A DNA stretch of 64,000 nt from Iphione sp. A-MEVVRFRX5 (Eukaryota), in NCBI GenBank assembly GCA_976226885.1, contig OZ320316.1:71548001-71612000 (forward strand). The letters are read 5' to 3'. Below the pieces are notes generated by a model, which did not search any database, was not told the DNA's origin, and saw only the letters and a program-made list of their open reading frames with translations. Positions within the stretch are counted from its first letter, which is position 1. Each line of letters opens with the position of its first letter. The translations under genes were made by a program, and so were the position numbers. This document shows, in pieces, positions 46,141-59,775 of the stretch.

Positions 46141-49100
46141 TTCGTTCCGAAACGGAGTCACGGTAACTGGACGCATATCTTGCAATCGTTTAATATCATT
46201 CACTCGTAGATACGTCAATAAAAATCTTTTCTTAGAAGGGCTCCAGGATCTAAGCAAGAACACTAAAGTAAAAATAATGTCGGAGAACCAAGGACACGAG
46301 AAAATGTACTTTAAGCTTGGCAAGGCGCGCATCGCCTGTCGCCACTCTGTCTATACATACTATAGTGTTGCCTTTTCATGGCCGAATCACCAGAACCGTC
46401 ATGCATTCAGAAGCTCTGAAGTATTTTGATCGCCACGTGACGGGAAACTATGAGACCCAACAAAAGATAAGGGAGTCTAAAAAAAGTTTCCTAGTATGGA
46501 GTTTAGAGAGCATCTACTAGCCTGCCAAAGAAGCAGGTCAGGGACGATTTGACTCTACATGATTCAAGAGCCTCTAGGCACTCCTTCCGATCAGGGCATG
46601 TATATCATATCACCCTTGTCATGCACGCAGCTATCCAACTCCTATAAATGTCGGACGTGGCGAGGTCGTAACGGCGCCCATCCGAAGGAGGGTGACACTG
46701 GCGGGGTCAGCGACGAGGAGGCGTCCTCTTCAACCAATCATACATGGTATAGTCCGAAGAAGCCAACAGACGGCCGCCATTTTGACCTTAGTGCGCGTGC
46801 AAAGGCGACGTCGTGAACACCGCACAGCAAATTTATCCGAGACAGACGTGAACGCGGTCTCACATTATAATATAACTGGCATGTCAGACGTTTTCTTTGC
46901 GTTTCAGTGCCGGATACGTGCAGCTCATCTGAAGTTAGAAATTTTCGGCACTACAGTAAATGTTTTTTTCTGCCTGTATGGTATAAACATATTCATGTAC
47001 ATATAAATGCATACCGGTACTTGCGTGATATTTTGTATCCTCCTTGCCATCACAAACATTAGAATGATCTACAAATAAACCTTCACAATGGTTAATGAAC
47101 AAAAACCTTTCTCAGTCTTCTTCCAAACACTAGGACTGGCCGTGATATTTCCTGTTCATCCATATACGCAATACTGCATCTTCCAGGCTTTCTTCACCAT
47201 CCATTTTCAGCAGACGACATTCATGAACAAGAAGCGCCCCCTACAAACGCCCACGTCTCCTTGGTTACAGTAGAGGGCATTTTATTGACTCGCTCTCAGA
47301 CCGGGCCAATTTTACTTTGACCAATGGTCAGAGCGAGCAAACCTCGGCTATGACCTTGACCTTGCCTTTATAATAGAGCCATGATGAATGAGAGCAACGG
47401 TTGAATTATCAATAACCCTTTAGTCAACGGGGTCATAATACGAAAACAATAAAGGCCACCCTAACTCATTTATCAGTCACCTTCAAGGATCGCCCGACTT
47501 CGTAAAAGGCCCTCTGAGTTGAGCATTGTTTTGACGATCAGTTGATTTGACTAGCCTCTTTTGGAACGAGCTTTTATTGTGTCTGAGACCAAGCGTCCGT
47601 GGACATTTTATGCCCTTGCCGTCAGTGTGATTTTGCACTAGGGGGCCGGCCAGGATCTCCTTTTCACTGGTGTATTTATTGGGACCCTGGAATCGCCAAA
47701 CACATGCAATTCTTTCGAGACGGTGATAATGTCCAGAAAGTGATGGCTGCGCACGGAGTCTTCACTCATACTTGTAGATTCTGTTTCTAAGACAAAAGAT
47801 CATCAAGTGAAACGTCAACGTTTCTTTGGCACTGCCACCTTTATTTTGAAAAGATGTCTGGCCAACTTATTTTATTCTCTTACTCACGACCATATGGTTT
47901 CTTGACTAAGCGTTTCCTGCAGACACCTTACGACTGCTGTGCTGGGAACCTCAATAAGAGTTCTAAGATCAAGCGTTATCTCTCGGAGTGATTGCGCACG
48001 ATGTGGAAGATATTGATCAACATATTATCGCTCATCTGCAGCCACCGTCCGGGCCGCATCACGAACGCCGGTACGGCCTCCTTTTGGGTCTTTGATAGCT
48101 TCCCGTTGTCAGGAAGATCGTCTGTGGCGGCCACATCAAACCGCGTTAGCAGTGATCTTACCGTGCGATATCGAACGACTCTCTTTTGATGCTCTCACAT
48201 TTGAGAACGAAGACGAGCCACAATTAATTTTCCACTCTCCAGATACATGGCAGCCTGTTTTATATATCCCTTAGCAACTCGTCGGGATAAGCGCCTTCCC
48301 TGCTGAGTCATCTGTCACACTGCCTCCATTAGGGCTGGAGGCGTCGTCAATTACCACCCAACTGTACTGTTGCTCGTTTAATTCTTGACAAGTTGACAAG
48401 CGCTATACGTACCATACCATTCAGGAGTATAAATTCAGAGCTCACTTGCCGCAGTGCAGATGAGGGAATGATTGAATCAATTTTTCCATGTGTTTGCTCC
48501 TCGCAAACTTATAATTCCAAACGCAATTAATTGTTTTTGAGTGTTGGCCAGTATGCTCGCAATTCTCTACTAAAACTTCACGTTTGAGTAAATACCACTA
48601 ATCATAAGCATCACCCATAGTATTATCAGACAGTGCCTTTCGTGTCCTTTTGCTTTGCCCTGCGGGCTAAGTTACTCTTTGAACTCCTTCTTTCCCGTCC
48701 TTCTTTGCTTCTGAGTGGATTACCGATCGGTTCCCCTTAGGACCGGCCCACCACCGTCATCAGTCTTTTTGGTGTGCCGTGCCCGCCTTTGCATACATTA
48801 CGTGGGTCCTCACACGTTCTGCAACCAGTCGGCATTGAGAGGACTGCGCCAAGTGTTAGTTTTACTTTGAGGCCCGACCAAATGAGGGAGCCAGAGGCTA
48901 GCGGCGAGCCTATGTGTTTGTTCACCCGTCGCCTCCGTGTAGACATACAGTTTCCATTGATTGTAGCCTGCAGAAGAACACGTGTTGCCAGGTCCGCCGA
49001 CCGCCCTTGGCTTTGATGAGCTCCCGCCACGTTTGGCCGACAAGAAAGACTGCTACGGCGGTCTCGCGCCGTAACTTGTATACGAAAAGGGGAATTTGCC

Positions 49101-50040
49101 CCAGGCCATCCTTCCCCAACCAGACCAGTTTGGGTGAACTATCGACAGACATCCCTCGGCGAATCGTCGTTTAACACGCACAATACCCGTCTGGTTTATG
49201 ATGTTTATTACATTTAATTTGATTTATGAAGAGTTGACTTGATTTGTTTTTAGTGGGAATCCTACCTGTTTTGCTTGTAAAAGAAGCATGACCCTTACGG
49301 AATCTTCGGTAAAGTACGGCTGGTCGCGTCAAAACTGTCTCAAACTTGGTAACACATGGGAGAAGCAGTAAAATACTGACGTTTAAAGTAAAGCGCACCG
49401 CCTTCATCCGTAGACTGGATTTAAAAAAATCTAAGGTAATCAAAGGAGGTGTCAAAGTCCTTTAATGTGACGTCTTAATCGAGGCAGGGGAACGATTTAA
49501 AAAGAATGCTTAAAGAAATTAAGAGCACAGTAAATGTTTTTTTTTCATGCTTTGCCATTATCAAATCATTGAGGACCTATGTAAAACAATTTCACAAATA
49601 TATATCATTAATGAGAAGCAAACCTTCCACTCAGTACAAAGTGTTGACTATATGTCAGTACTAATAACTGCCTGTATTTAAATCTCATTCCTCTCTATAT
49701 TTCCACGTTAGACGTTAGTACAATGGACACTCTTTTCCCCGTAGGTCTAGAGAACTAGTTTTATTTTTATATTCTGCAGAGCCTTTAAAGTAGATATTCA
49801 AACCTAGTAGATTTAGAAACATAGAAAAATTCTATGCGATTCGTGTGGATAAAATCTTTGATAGATTATATTGTCTGTAGAGATAAAATGATAAGGCGTC
49901 GCTAAGGAAACTGTAACCATGAAAGTAATCTAAGAAGCTACCCAGATCTGAACACCAGCACTGTTAGGGTATTCAAGATTAACCCAGTCACGTGGACTTT
50001 AAGAGGGTAGCAGACTAGAATCCCGTGAATTGATTACATT

Positions 50041-50220
50041 CAGGATTGTGGATTTGTCAAGGTATTCGCTGATGATGCATCACCTTTCAGAGAGAGTAAC
50101 GCTGTCGGGCACAGAGGCTAGACAGTGATGAATCTCAACTTGCCTATAGAACTGTCAGCCCTGAGATATGGTAATATAAACACTTGAAACCCAATGATGT
50201 AGAATACTGTCAGCAAGAAA
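50041..50220 (+). mobile_element. Short decayed LINE reverse-transcriptase fragment
   Basis: CGFVKVFADDAS (FADD at 50065-76) followed by ...LN...NP..SKK, reminiscent of the CR1/L2 RT region after the catalytic aspartates. Confidence 0.35.
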
Positions 50221-53200
50221 ATCACATTTGGACGCACAAATTTTTATTCCGTATTTAATTATGCGGTGATATGATATCATAGCATTTTAATTTGAAATTG
50301 GTTATAGCATACAAGGCTGTCTTCAATCTGGATTTTAAAGCACAGGCTATGTTACTTCATAAGTTTGAGAGATTAGTGACAGATTAACAATTAATCTGAT
50401 GCATAAATGTCAGAGGAATTGAATATAAGTACATGAACATTGTCTATTCATTTAATATTTCCCACGTAAATTAACTATATCACTGTGCACATAGGAATAT
50501 AAGATATAAGAAGCACACACAATTGAGAGGCAATGGCAAAAATCATCTACCTTTATTTTTGCAAGTGCCACCTCAACCATGGCCATTAAGGGCCTGTGCT
50601 TCTTGCGTGCGTTGGTCGTATATTGTGCATAATTAATCAGACAATCTAGCGAAGACCACTGATTGAATCTGTACATTTGGTTAGAAGGCAGCTCAAACAC
50701 ACGCCTCACCGACCAACTTGTTCCCTTTGGCCGCCCATGTAAAAGAGAATTGAGAGACTAGTCGTGCGGTTAGTCAGCGAATAGATGTGGTTTCAGAAGT
50801 GTACGCTGACTTCCATTACACCAGACTCTGCCAATCTTGGACATAATGGATGAATACTTCCAGTCTCCCTTTAGAAGTGCGAAATCGGAGGCAGTACTCG
50901 ATCTGTCAAGGCGCTTCGCCGCCTCCTCCTGCGAGCCTTTAGACGGTTGCTAGCCATTCACCACAGATTTCCGCATTCACCCTATGTCGACAATGCTTCG
51001 TCCCGTCTCCTGCCCCTGACGACCCTCTCTCTTTACTAATGATAAGCGAGCAGCTGAAAACTCGGTGCACATCTAACACGGAGTCGCGTTAAATGATTTA
51101 CACAGGGCGTACGTCCATTGACCACCCTTCCGACGATGGCCCATTTTCTGGGTGCTGGTCGGCATGATTATTTCCGTTTCTTGTTGGCGCCAAACACTGC
51201 CAGAAACCAACTCATGAGCGTCTGCCGTAAAGTGGAGTGGCTTGTCGTATTCATCACCATTACTGCAGAACATCGTCTGCGCGCATGCGCACTGATGAAA
51301 ACTAAACACTGTGTCATGGGGAGGAAGTGCGTCTTGATTGATAGTTCGACTCGCATTTGCTTTTGCAATTCTTTTAAATATCTACTTCATCCCGAATGCT
51401 TGAGGATTCGGTTTTAACCTGAATCGGTGTGGACGGTAAGAGTGAAAAACTGCCTCCTTTCTACAAACCGACAGACAAGTTAAGTCTCGGACCTAAATGC
51501 CCTTTGCCAGTGAAATAAATACCATGAAAGGAAACTTGTTTATACGGAGTGTTTAGATGTTCTTTTTTCTTTTAACAATAATCGAGTTTTCCTCAGCAAA
51601 ATTTAGCTATCAATGAAATCCAAATTTAGATGTTTTGTTTTACCGGGGCAATCCAATATAAATCGCACCGTGTCCTTCATATGCGGGAACAGGAGCATCC
51701 GTATGACTTGCAAGTGTTTCTTGGAAGGCAGCCTTTATGTATTGCTCAGTAAGGAACTTTGTGGTAAAACTAATGGACCTAAATATCTAAATGACTGATC
51801 GCACGTAAATTGGAAACATTCTGTCTCAAGCATCATAAAGGCGTATTTTTAACTGCTTCTTCCGACAGCTGAATCAGCTGTCCCCATAAGTGGTAAAAGT
51901 TGTGTCATTGCAACCAGTTTATTCTACTGTTGCCCCATGCTGGGCGATCGGTCAATTATAGCAGGTTTGTTTGCGGTTATATTCATGCACAGTCATGACT
52001 TGAGTAGGCAACTTTATATTAATGATATGCAAGAGTGTGAGTAGGTGTATTGTAAAAATTATTTTAGTATGCTAATATGTTGATACCATATAGACATGTA
52101 AAACTTATTAACACCTTCACAAAGGTGGTGTATACTGTAGTAGCTGTATAAATCTGCATAGATATCCAAAATATTTATCTTTTCCTGTAAGACCACAAAC
52201 ATGCGAATCGAATTATGCTTTTGCACGGCCACACTAGGGTTCCACACTGGGTTTACCATGTTCACAACAACATACCCATTAATTTATGAAAGCACATATA
52301 CAGATGTTACTATGTATTAAAAAACATATATAAGATGTGAAAAAAATGTTTAGGAAAGCGTTCGTCTTTGCAGTGGGGATGCCTTTGAGGGAAATGTGAA
52401 AACCTTGTTGAAAACTTCTGAATCGAAAACATTCAAGTACAGTGTACCCATCCACCTGCACGTGGATCAGCGTTATTCTATCGGAAAGCTCATCATGTCC
52501 AAAAGACACGATACAGCCGCATCAACAACGTCCGACTGTGCGGAGGGATAAAACTTAGGGTTAATGGAGCGAAAGATTTCAAAAAGGAAATTATAATGCG
52601 AACGATCCACAAATTTGGTCGAATACCGCAAATTTGGATTTAATTGTAAGACCAACGTGGCAGAGACAGATACCCTGGCGCTGATCAAGTACACCCGACT
52701 ACAATTACAGTCACATTGATTAAATGTCTCCCTAATTATAGCCAGAGGCATAGCTAGAATATACGAGAACTCGATGACGTTCCAACTTGAAGCAACACTT
52801 AACATTTTATAACACACGGAGGGAAAGCCTTCAGAGCTTTTAATTTATAGATATTGAGCAGTGAAGGATTATCGCTGATTGAATGAGTAACACGGCTTTT
52901 AGTAGAAGGCGTTGCTCGATAGGAGACGGGTATGCTGTTCTTGCCTGAGTGGGACATTCATCATCTTAATTCAATACAGACACCTTGTTTTAACCAACCT
53001 ATATATCTGCTTGGAGCGAATACCAGCAATGGCAAGGAATGAAACATGCTTAAATCCCTGTCTCATCTTCAGGGGAACTTGTCAACAAACCACTTTACTT
53101 ATGAAGACTTATTACAGACACAGTACCAATTAATCTGAAATCTCACCTGATGCGCCTGAGAGAGATGTCTCATCATAAATTATCATCATGTAACGGACCT

Positions 53201-53454
53201 CTATATGAGGGAGTTGTTATATTTTAAATCGTTTTCGTTATACAAGAAATCTGTGCGGTGTTTCATTTTTCTTATTATTGTCGTCTGTTTTACTAAAAAA
53301 TCTTTTACTCCAATTATTTGTTTAGGTATATATATATATATATGTAATTGGCTCAGTTCTTCATTCAAATCAACCCATCAGGAACTTCTTCCAATCACGA
53401 TTTGCACCAAGATACCTTGTTATCTGCACTACAAAATAATCTATTTGGCTATAA

Positions 53455-53830
53455 GGCCAAAAAATAGGTGTGTTTCTGGTAACGACCACCCAAAAACCTA
53501 GGTAGGGAGGGGGGTATTTTTTTTAAAAGAATTTCTTTCCACTTTCTTCCTCTGGTTTTCAATAATAATAAAGATAATATGAAGAATTTTGACCAATTTG
53601 CAGTTTTTTGCTGAATTTCCATGGATTTTACTGTTTTTCTACTGAATTTACCAAAACATGTGCTGTGAAAACACAAATCTAAGAAAATTTAGCCTTGGAA
53701 ACTCTTTGAGGCCAAAAATCTTTTAGGTAGGGTGAGTATGTATCCTTATACCATTGTGTACATGGTGACTTTATGAGGTTTTACTAGGTAGGGGTGGGTT
53801 ACCAGAAACACACCTATTTTTTGGGGGGCC
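53455..53830. mobile_element. PIF/Harbinger-type MITE, 376 bp
   Basis: Terminal inverted repeats GGCC..AAAAAATAGGTGTGTTTCTGGTAAC / GTTACCAGAAACACACCTATTTTTT..GGCC with a perfect 25-bp core. Flanked by a 3-bp TAA TSD (53452-54, 53831-33), as is typical of Harbinger. Confidence 0.9.
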
Positions 53831-56192
53831 TAACCTAGGATTTGGGATTTATAAATGAGAGAAAACCATTCAAAATGTCCCTGAACCATTCAAAACCGCC
53901 CTGAAAACATAGCACAAACATACAGGTGACAAGCTTATGATTGCAAGATCAGTGACACATGTGCTGCCAAGAAAGCAGTCGGGAACATCGTAATATTGTA
54001 AAATAATTGGCGTAATGGTTACTTTGACGAATGGATCGATGATGTATTCATCAGGTCACGTTTATGGAATACAAATGTGCTTTCCATTAACCGTTCATAT
54101 TCTGATGTGGAATATCAAAAGGAATGTAAATTGATAACTGTAGCAGGAATGAATATTCTAATGAATATTTGATGATTTTGTCATCACATCTTGGGTAAAA
54201 AAAGTCTTCTAGACTTCTTTACAGATCTTTCAAACAAAGATTTGTAAAGCTATAATTCCGAGATCAACCAGGTCCTCTACATTCTCTAAGCTCGGGCGAT
54301 GCTGGATGGGATTAGATCCAGATGTTCAAGTCTAATGTTTTTGCAATGTTAAAATATGAAAAGAAAGTAAATGTGGACTGAAGATGGATTAGCGCTATCT
54401 GTTTCAGTGCACAAGCAGTAAGATGACATATGAGGGGCATTTTACACTCCAAAAATCACCGAAGACATAATTAAAATCCTGGGGCCAACCCACGGTGCCA
54501 TTCAATAAAGCACTATCAAGTGACTTTTGAGGCATACATTTGGAAACATATTTTGAAATTTGTATCGCCTCTTATAGTATGAAACCGTAAATTGTTCTCT
54601 AACTGTAATTTACTAAATATTCTCATATGGAAATCTGAGTAATAGTGTATTTCATTTACAATTATATTCTGTGTGCGTTTGTTAGTGATCATAATTAATG
54701 TAATACTATGTTTTAACTATTAAAACACTCGTGTGGGGGATTTTCCTAGCAAAATGTAGAATCCTGTGCGTTACTTTATCTACATTTAGTAGAAAGGATT
54801 CAATTCGTTGCCTACGTGAGTGTACAGGGCATTGTATTCTTCCCTCTGGGGGAGGTCAGGACAAAAATTGTGCAATGTAGTGAATATCTAATCAATATCA
54901 ATTGTGCTTACTAGATTTTATCAAAAGCTTCGCCATAATTGGATGTCACTAAATTAGTGTGAAGTTACTGCGCATACGTTTTGAATACCTTTCTTTCCAT
55001 ACTTATTTATGGCTGCAGGTATCATCGCGACTTCCTCGTTTACCTGCCCATATTTGGCATCATTCCGTGATCCTTCGGTCAATAATCTTCGCCAAGATAT
55101 ACGCTCAGGGTATTACCGCAGCATCATCTGTTCCGCCATCTCGCTCCATGATATTTAATCCCGCTATGATCCCTCATTTTTCACCGTAGACTATATTTCC
55201 AGGTAGTAACTGACACATATTCAAGGTGAAGCTCCCGTGATCATTCATTGACATTTTATGTACACACATGTATGTTGTTTCTGACTAACCTTCCACAAAA
55301 AAATCATTAATTTCATCCATGCGTTACGATAACGAGTGCATATATTCCTCATGGAGAAATTCCTCAATCCCCTAGTTTGATCTGACCACAGCTATTCTTA
55401 AGTTTTCGAAGCATAAGCGGTCGATCCAAGACATACCATCGACTACACTCCCTTCGGGTCGCGTGCCGGGGTCACAATAATGAAAATAGCTTCATTCCAT
55501 CAGCGGCCAGCTGTAGAGCCTTATTGTGTCCTTGCCCTTTGTAACCATACGGTAGTTGGCACTGCAGGGCTCTTACCGATGTAGTGTCACTGGCTCCTTG
55601 CAAGGATTACCTACTTCAAAAGACGTCAGTAGTGAAGGTCAGTACATCGATGAAAAGTCTCCACAACGTGTGATCTTATTGCACTGTGTATTATCCGCCG
55701 GAAGTGTACATTACATGATTTTACTGATTATCACTTGACACCTTCCAACATAAAGAAGACATTTAACACATTGAAAGGCGTGCACCCTGGATAATATTAC
55801 TTAACTGTGTTTGAATTGTTTTAAATGAGTATCGTTATACAATGGTTTGCTACTTTACTGCTGATGCGACCGCACATTGGACTTTTTTTAATCTGAAAAT
55901 TGTGTGGCATTTCTCGAAAAAATATGATGATACTGAAACAAAGCCTGGAACTTGAAATTCTGTATAAGAGTAATGTCACCTGCGAAAATGCTGATATGGC
56001 AGCATTTTCGCCAGCCAAGATCAGTGTTGTAATGCAACGCTTCATGGATAGGTCAGTGATAAAAATCGATCCTTTCGTCCCACACATGGCTTCTCGAATA
56101 GCAGACCAAGGACATATTTCTATTGGCCTCTCTATGCTTCATTATTTTAACTCTAAACATCGTATACCGGGTATTTATGGTTTTTTTTAAAC

Positions 56193-56227
56193 GTGTGGTC
56201 ATATATATCATATATATATGGCCACAC
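56193..56227. repeat. 16-bp palindrome around a (TA)n core
   Basis: GTGTGGTCATATATAT-cat-ATATATATGGCCACAC, with one T/G mismatch. Confidence 0.85.
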
Positions 56228-58267
56228 CTAATTCAAAGGACCCCGGCGAAGAGTCTTTAAACGTGAAGAATAACAAGGCGATTGGGTTTCAGCATATAGT
56301 GGCTAAGGTCGCTGTATAAGCTCGAGGCAACACAGACACTGACGTGTATCTCGCCTATGGGACGTCGCCAATGCGTGACACTCTCTACAGCGGAATGAGC
56401 GATAATTGGAGGGAAGGCGAGCCAAGCAGCCGCTGGCCGCTGTGTGCTGCGCGGAAACTTTATCCACGCGCATCCTGTCGGCGCAGCCATGATGTCATGA
56501 CATGCACACCGGTATAGCGGCCGACGGGGAGATTAGCAGCCGTTTGAATGGTTGGATTAGGTCCTGGCGCTCATCATTCACCGGCTAAACAAAGCTTATT
56601 GGCCGGGGGGCCTTCCGGCGCGAGCCTAAAGGATGGGGCTGGGGTCCAATGTCCTCCTTCCCAGCCTATGAAAACCGTCGCCGTGTCTGAGAGGTTGAAA
56701 GGAAATAATTTAAATGCTAAGCAAGGTCATCCGCATACGTGCCGCTACATAGTTCATTTAGGATATTGCGGATGAGCACTTTGAGGAGGAAATCTATCAG
56801 TAAAGTTTCTGAAAGGATACATTCAAAATGTGAAAAATTGGCAACCTTTTTCAGGTAGAAACTCCTAATATCCTTTCTTCTCATAATTTCTGGCAACATG
56901 TAATTATAACTGGTTTGTATTTTCTTCCAGAGGTTCTATCTTGCAAATCAATAGAGTAGCCTGCATGTTGTTTTAAAAGGAAGGATTGCATAATTCTTTA
57001 AGACCCATATCCAATAACGCATTGGATCAACAATAATACGAATGATAGCTTCATTTATGGCCCATGCCGCTCGTATTTCCCTTGAACCAGAGCACTTCCC
57101 ATTTACCTCACCCCCTACCCTGAGGTGAAATTGGGCACAACTGAGTGCCTGGATTACTGCAATGGTTGTTGAATATTCATCTCTATGCTCTGAGTTTCCT
57201 ATCGGATGGACGCGGTCAATTCATGCGCACGGTTCCTGGGTGACAGCCCTCTGGCAGTCAGACAGCTAGGGCAATGTTTACGTAAGGCAGCACTTAGGAC
57301 TGAATAAGTGCCCATCCAGCTTACTAATATTGTCATCTCTCACCGGCGATTTGATCTGGGCAGCGCGAAAGTGCTGCTCAGTGTATTAGCTAATATCAGT
57401 AATTCGGGGAACCAGCTTGGGGGAGCGCCCACAACCGCCGGCCATGATGGGCTTAACCTTTACTGGCCGCCCGTGGACTGTGAATAAATTGCTTTAGTGA
57501 TACAGAACCGAGTGACCCTTTCCTCAGTGAATACACGATAGCGCTACTTGCAGAGCATTTCCCCTTGCTGTCTGTCCCCTTCTAGCATGTGGCTAAAGAG
57601 GGATAAGCTGGCCAAGTTTTGTCTAACGCAATCATCGACTGCTTCTTCAAGAGCCTGATGAGCTATTGTCTCCGGCGCCGACTTGTGGGTCCTCCAGTAT
57701 TGAATTTCGAAAGCTCGCATTACACGAACCCCTTCCACGCGGCAGTTTTCAGGTCTTCTCGTATCATTCTCCACCTCCTATTGCCTTTTTCTCCCCACTC
57801 GTAGACGGATAATGAGACTGCCATCTGAAGAGCCTTCGGGAGGACATCTTTGTTGTTACTTGGTGTTGTTTTCATGCCTGCGTACACAGACTCATTCAAT
57901 TTTCGTGGAGACCTGAAGAAGCCGTGAATCCAGCTACACTCAAAGATAGCAGCAAATATAGCCTATATCACTTATGTGGCTGAGATTGTAGTTAAATCTA
58001 CCTAATAAACTGACAAGCCGATGCTAGCTGAAAGTTGGAAGGCATTAAATTTCACTATACCTCAGGTCTCTTTCGTAATTTTAAAAATTGTACATATTGT
58101 TGTTTGGAATTTTCATAACGTTTAGTCGGTCTTTTCTTATAAATCATTTATAGTGGTACTTCTGCCTTTCTACCACGTCTGCCTTGCTCGCTCGAAGAGC
58201 ATTTCTTTTCATTACACTGCCAGTGTAGCTTCACCAAAGATGACCTTTGTGTACCCACATAAAAACA

Positions 58268-58337
58268 TTTCTTTGGGTCTTGTGTCCTTCTGGGTCCCGC
58301 CTGTTAAGGACCCGGAAGGACACAAGACCCAAAGAAA
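58268..58337 (+). ncRNA. Candidate structured RNA / pre-miRNA-like hairpin (30-bp stem, 10-nt loop)
   Basis: TTTCTTTGGGTCTTGTGTCCTTCTGGGTCC-cgcctgttaa-GGACCCGGAAGGACACAAGACCCAAAGAAA: 29 Watson-Crick pairs plus one U.G pair. The structure is certain; its function is unknown. Confidence 0.35.
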
Positions 58338-59716
58338 AGTCAAGTACTCATTATGGTCCATTTGCCATGTGGTCATCATGGTCCACTGCCCACACAACCA
58401 TGCATATAGTAACAGGGCGGGAAGGGAGGAAGGGAGTGTGGGAGAGTAAGGGAAGGAGTCAGAGTGAGTGAAAGTCAGAAGAGTACGATTGACTCCCTGC
58501 TCAGGACCACATCCCGAAAAGACTACAACCAAAATCCGAGTAGATTGTCAGAGAACAGAAAATATACCATTACGTAACCTATGTTGTGAATTGTATATAA
58601 TATGCCCACCTTTTTAAGGGAGTGCCTTCGTGTGACCAGTCATTTTAGCATGAATTATGCTGACAGGTTTTTCTCAAAGACAATTGGTATTGACTATGCC
58701 GGGCGGACCAGAATGTCACAGGAACCGTTTTGAACAAACAAGTTGGTATTGGTCTTTCTGTGTGAAGTTCCATGACTGCAACACCTGCTTTGCCGATAAT
58801 TAAGTGTGAAATTTGCCAACTGGAGTACCTCACACTAAAGGGAAGGACGACAGACTGTTTGGAGTGCACATTCGTACAAGGTTTCCATTAGGTAAAGGAC
58901 TCATGTATGAAATTGAAATTTGAAATAACTTTATTCACATTCTCAAGAATATATCCAAGGTCTTTCAGTGAATGGGAATATGAATCAAGATAACATTTAA
59001 ATTGTGATCCGTTGAAATAAAACATTATGTCTAAGATAGCTGTACTTGAGCAGCGAGCAAAGACCGTGCGTTGTTTCTGTTATAATCAGAACTCTGCGTA
59101 ACTGTGATTATTACCAATACCATATTCCAACGCAACATGTATCATAAGGTGTATGTGTACTTGGTATTGATAAAAGATCTGCAATTTGACCACATACCAA
59201 GTGCAACTAGTTTGAGAGAGAGCCTAGGGTTGGATTCAGAAGAGTCCACCATATTTGCGAATATCTGCAAAATGCTTCAAACCTGTTTTCTACTTCACAC
59301 ACCTATAAAATGTAGTTTTTAAAGTCCCAGTAGCTGCAAACTGCAACTACCAAACCTTTCAAGGGCAATGTAATACAATAATATTTAGCAGTAGTGCTGA
59401 ACTACATTGTTAGAACTGGACAGCGAATAGCGGCAATGAATCCAATGTGATTGTGCAATGTAAATAATTTATGATGCATACATTCCTTGCATCACACTAC
59501 CATTCGTACATACTAGTGAATAGGTGTTTGGATTATGGCACTACTTGTAAAATAAATCCCATAGAGCTGGTCCTTAGAGGTCACATGGAACAAATACAGA
59601 GAAAGAGTAATGATTTAGAGCACTGGGCTTTCAAGAAGGGGCAGATCGCTTTAGTTGTATAAATTAAATATAGAGTCGACACCCAGTTAAAGACTGGATC
59701 ACAGTAAAGTCCAAAC

Positions 59717-59775
59717 AGAAAGAGACAGAGAGAGACAGAGACAGAGAGAGATAGAGACAGAAACACAGAAAAAGA
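59717..59775. repeat. (GA)n/(GAGACA)n purine microsatellite
   Basis: Read directly from the sequence. Confidence 0.9.
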
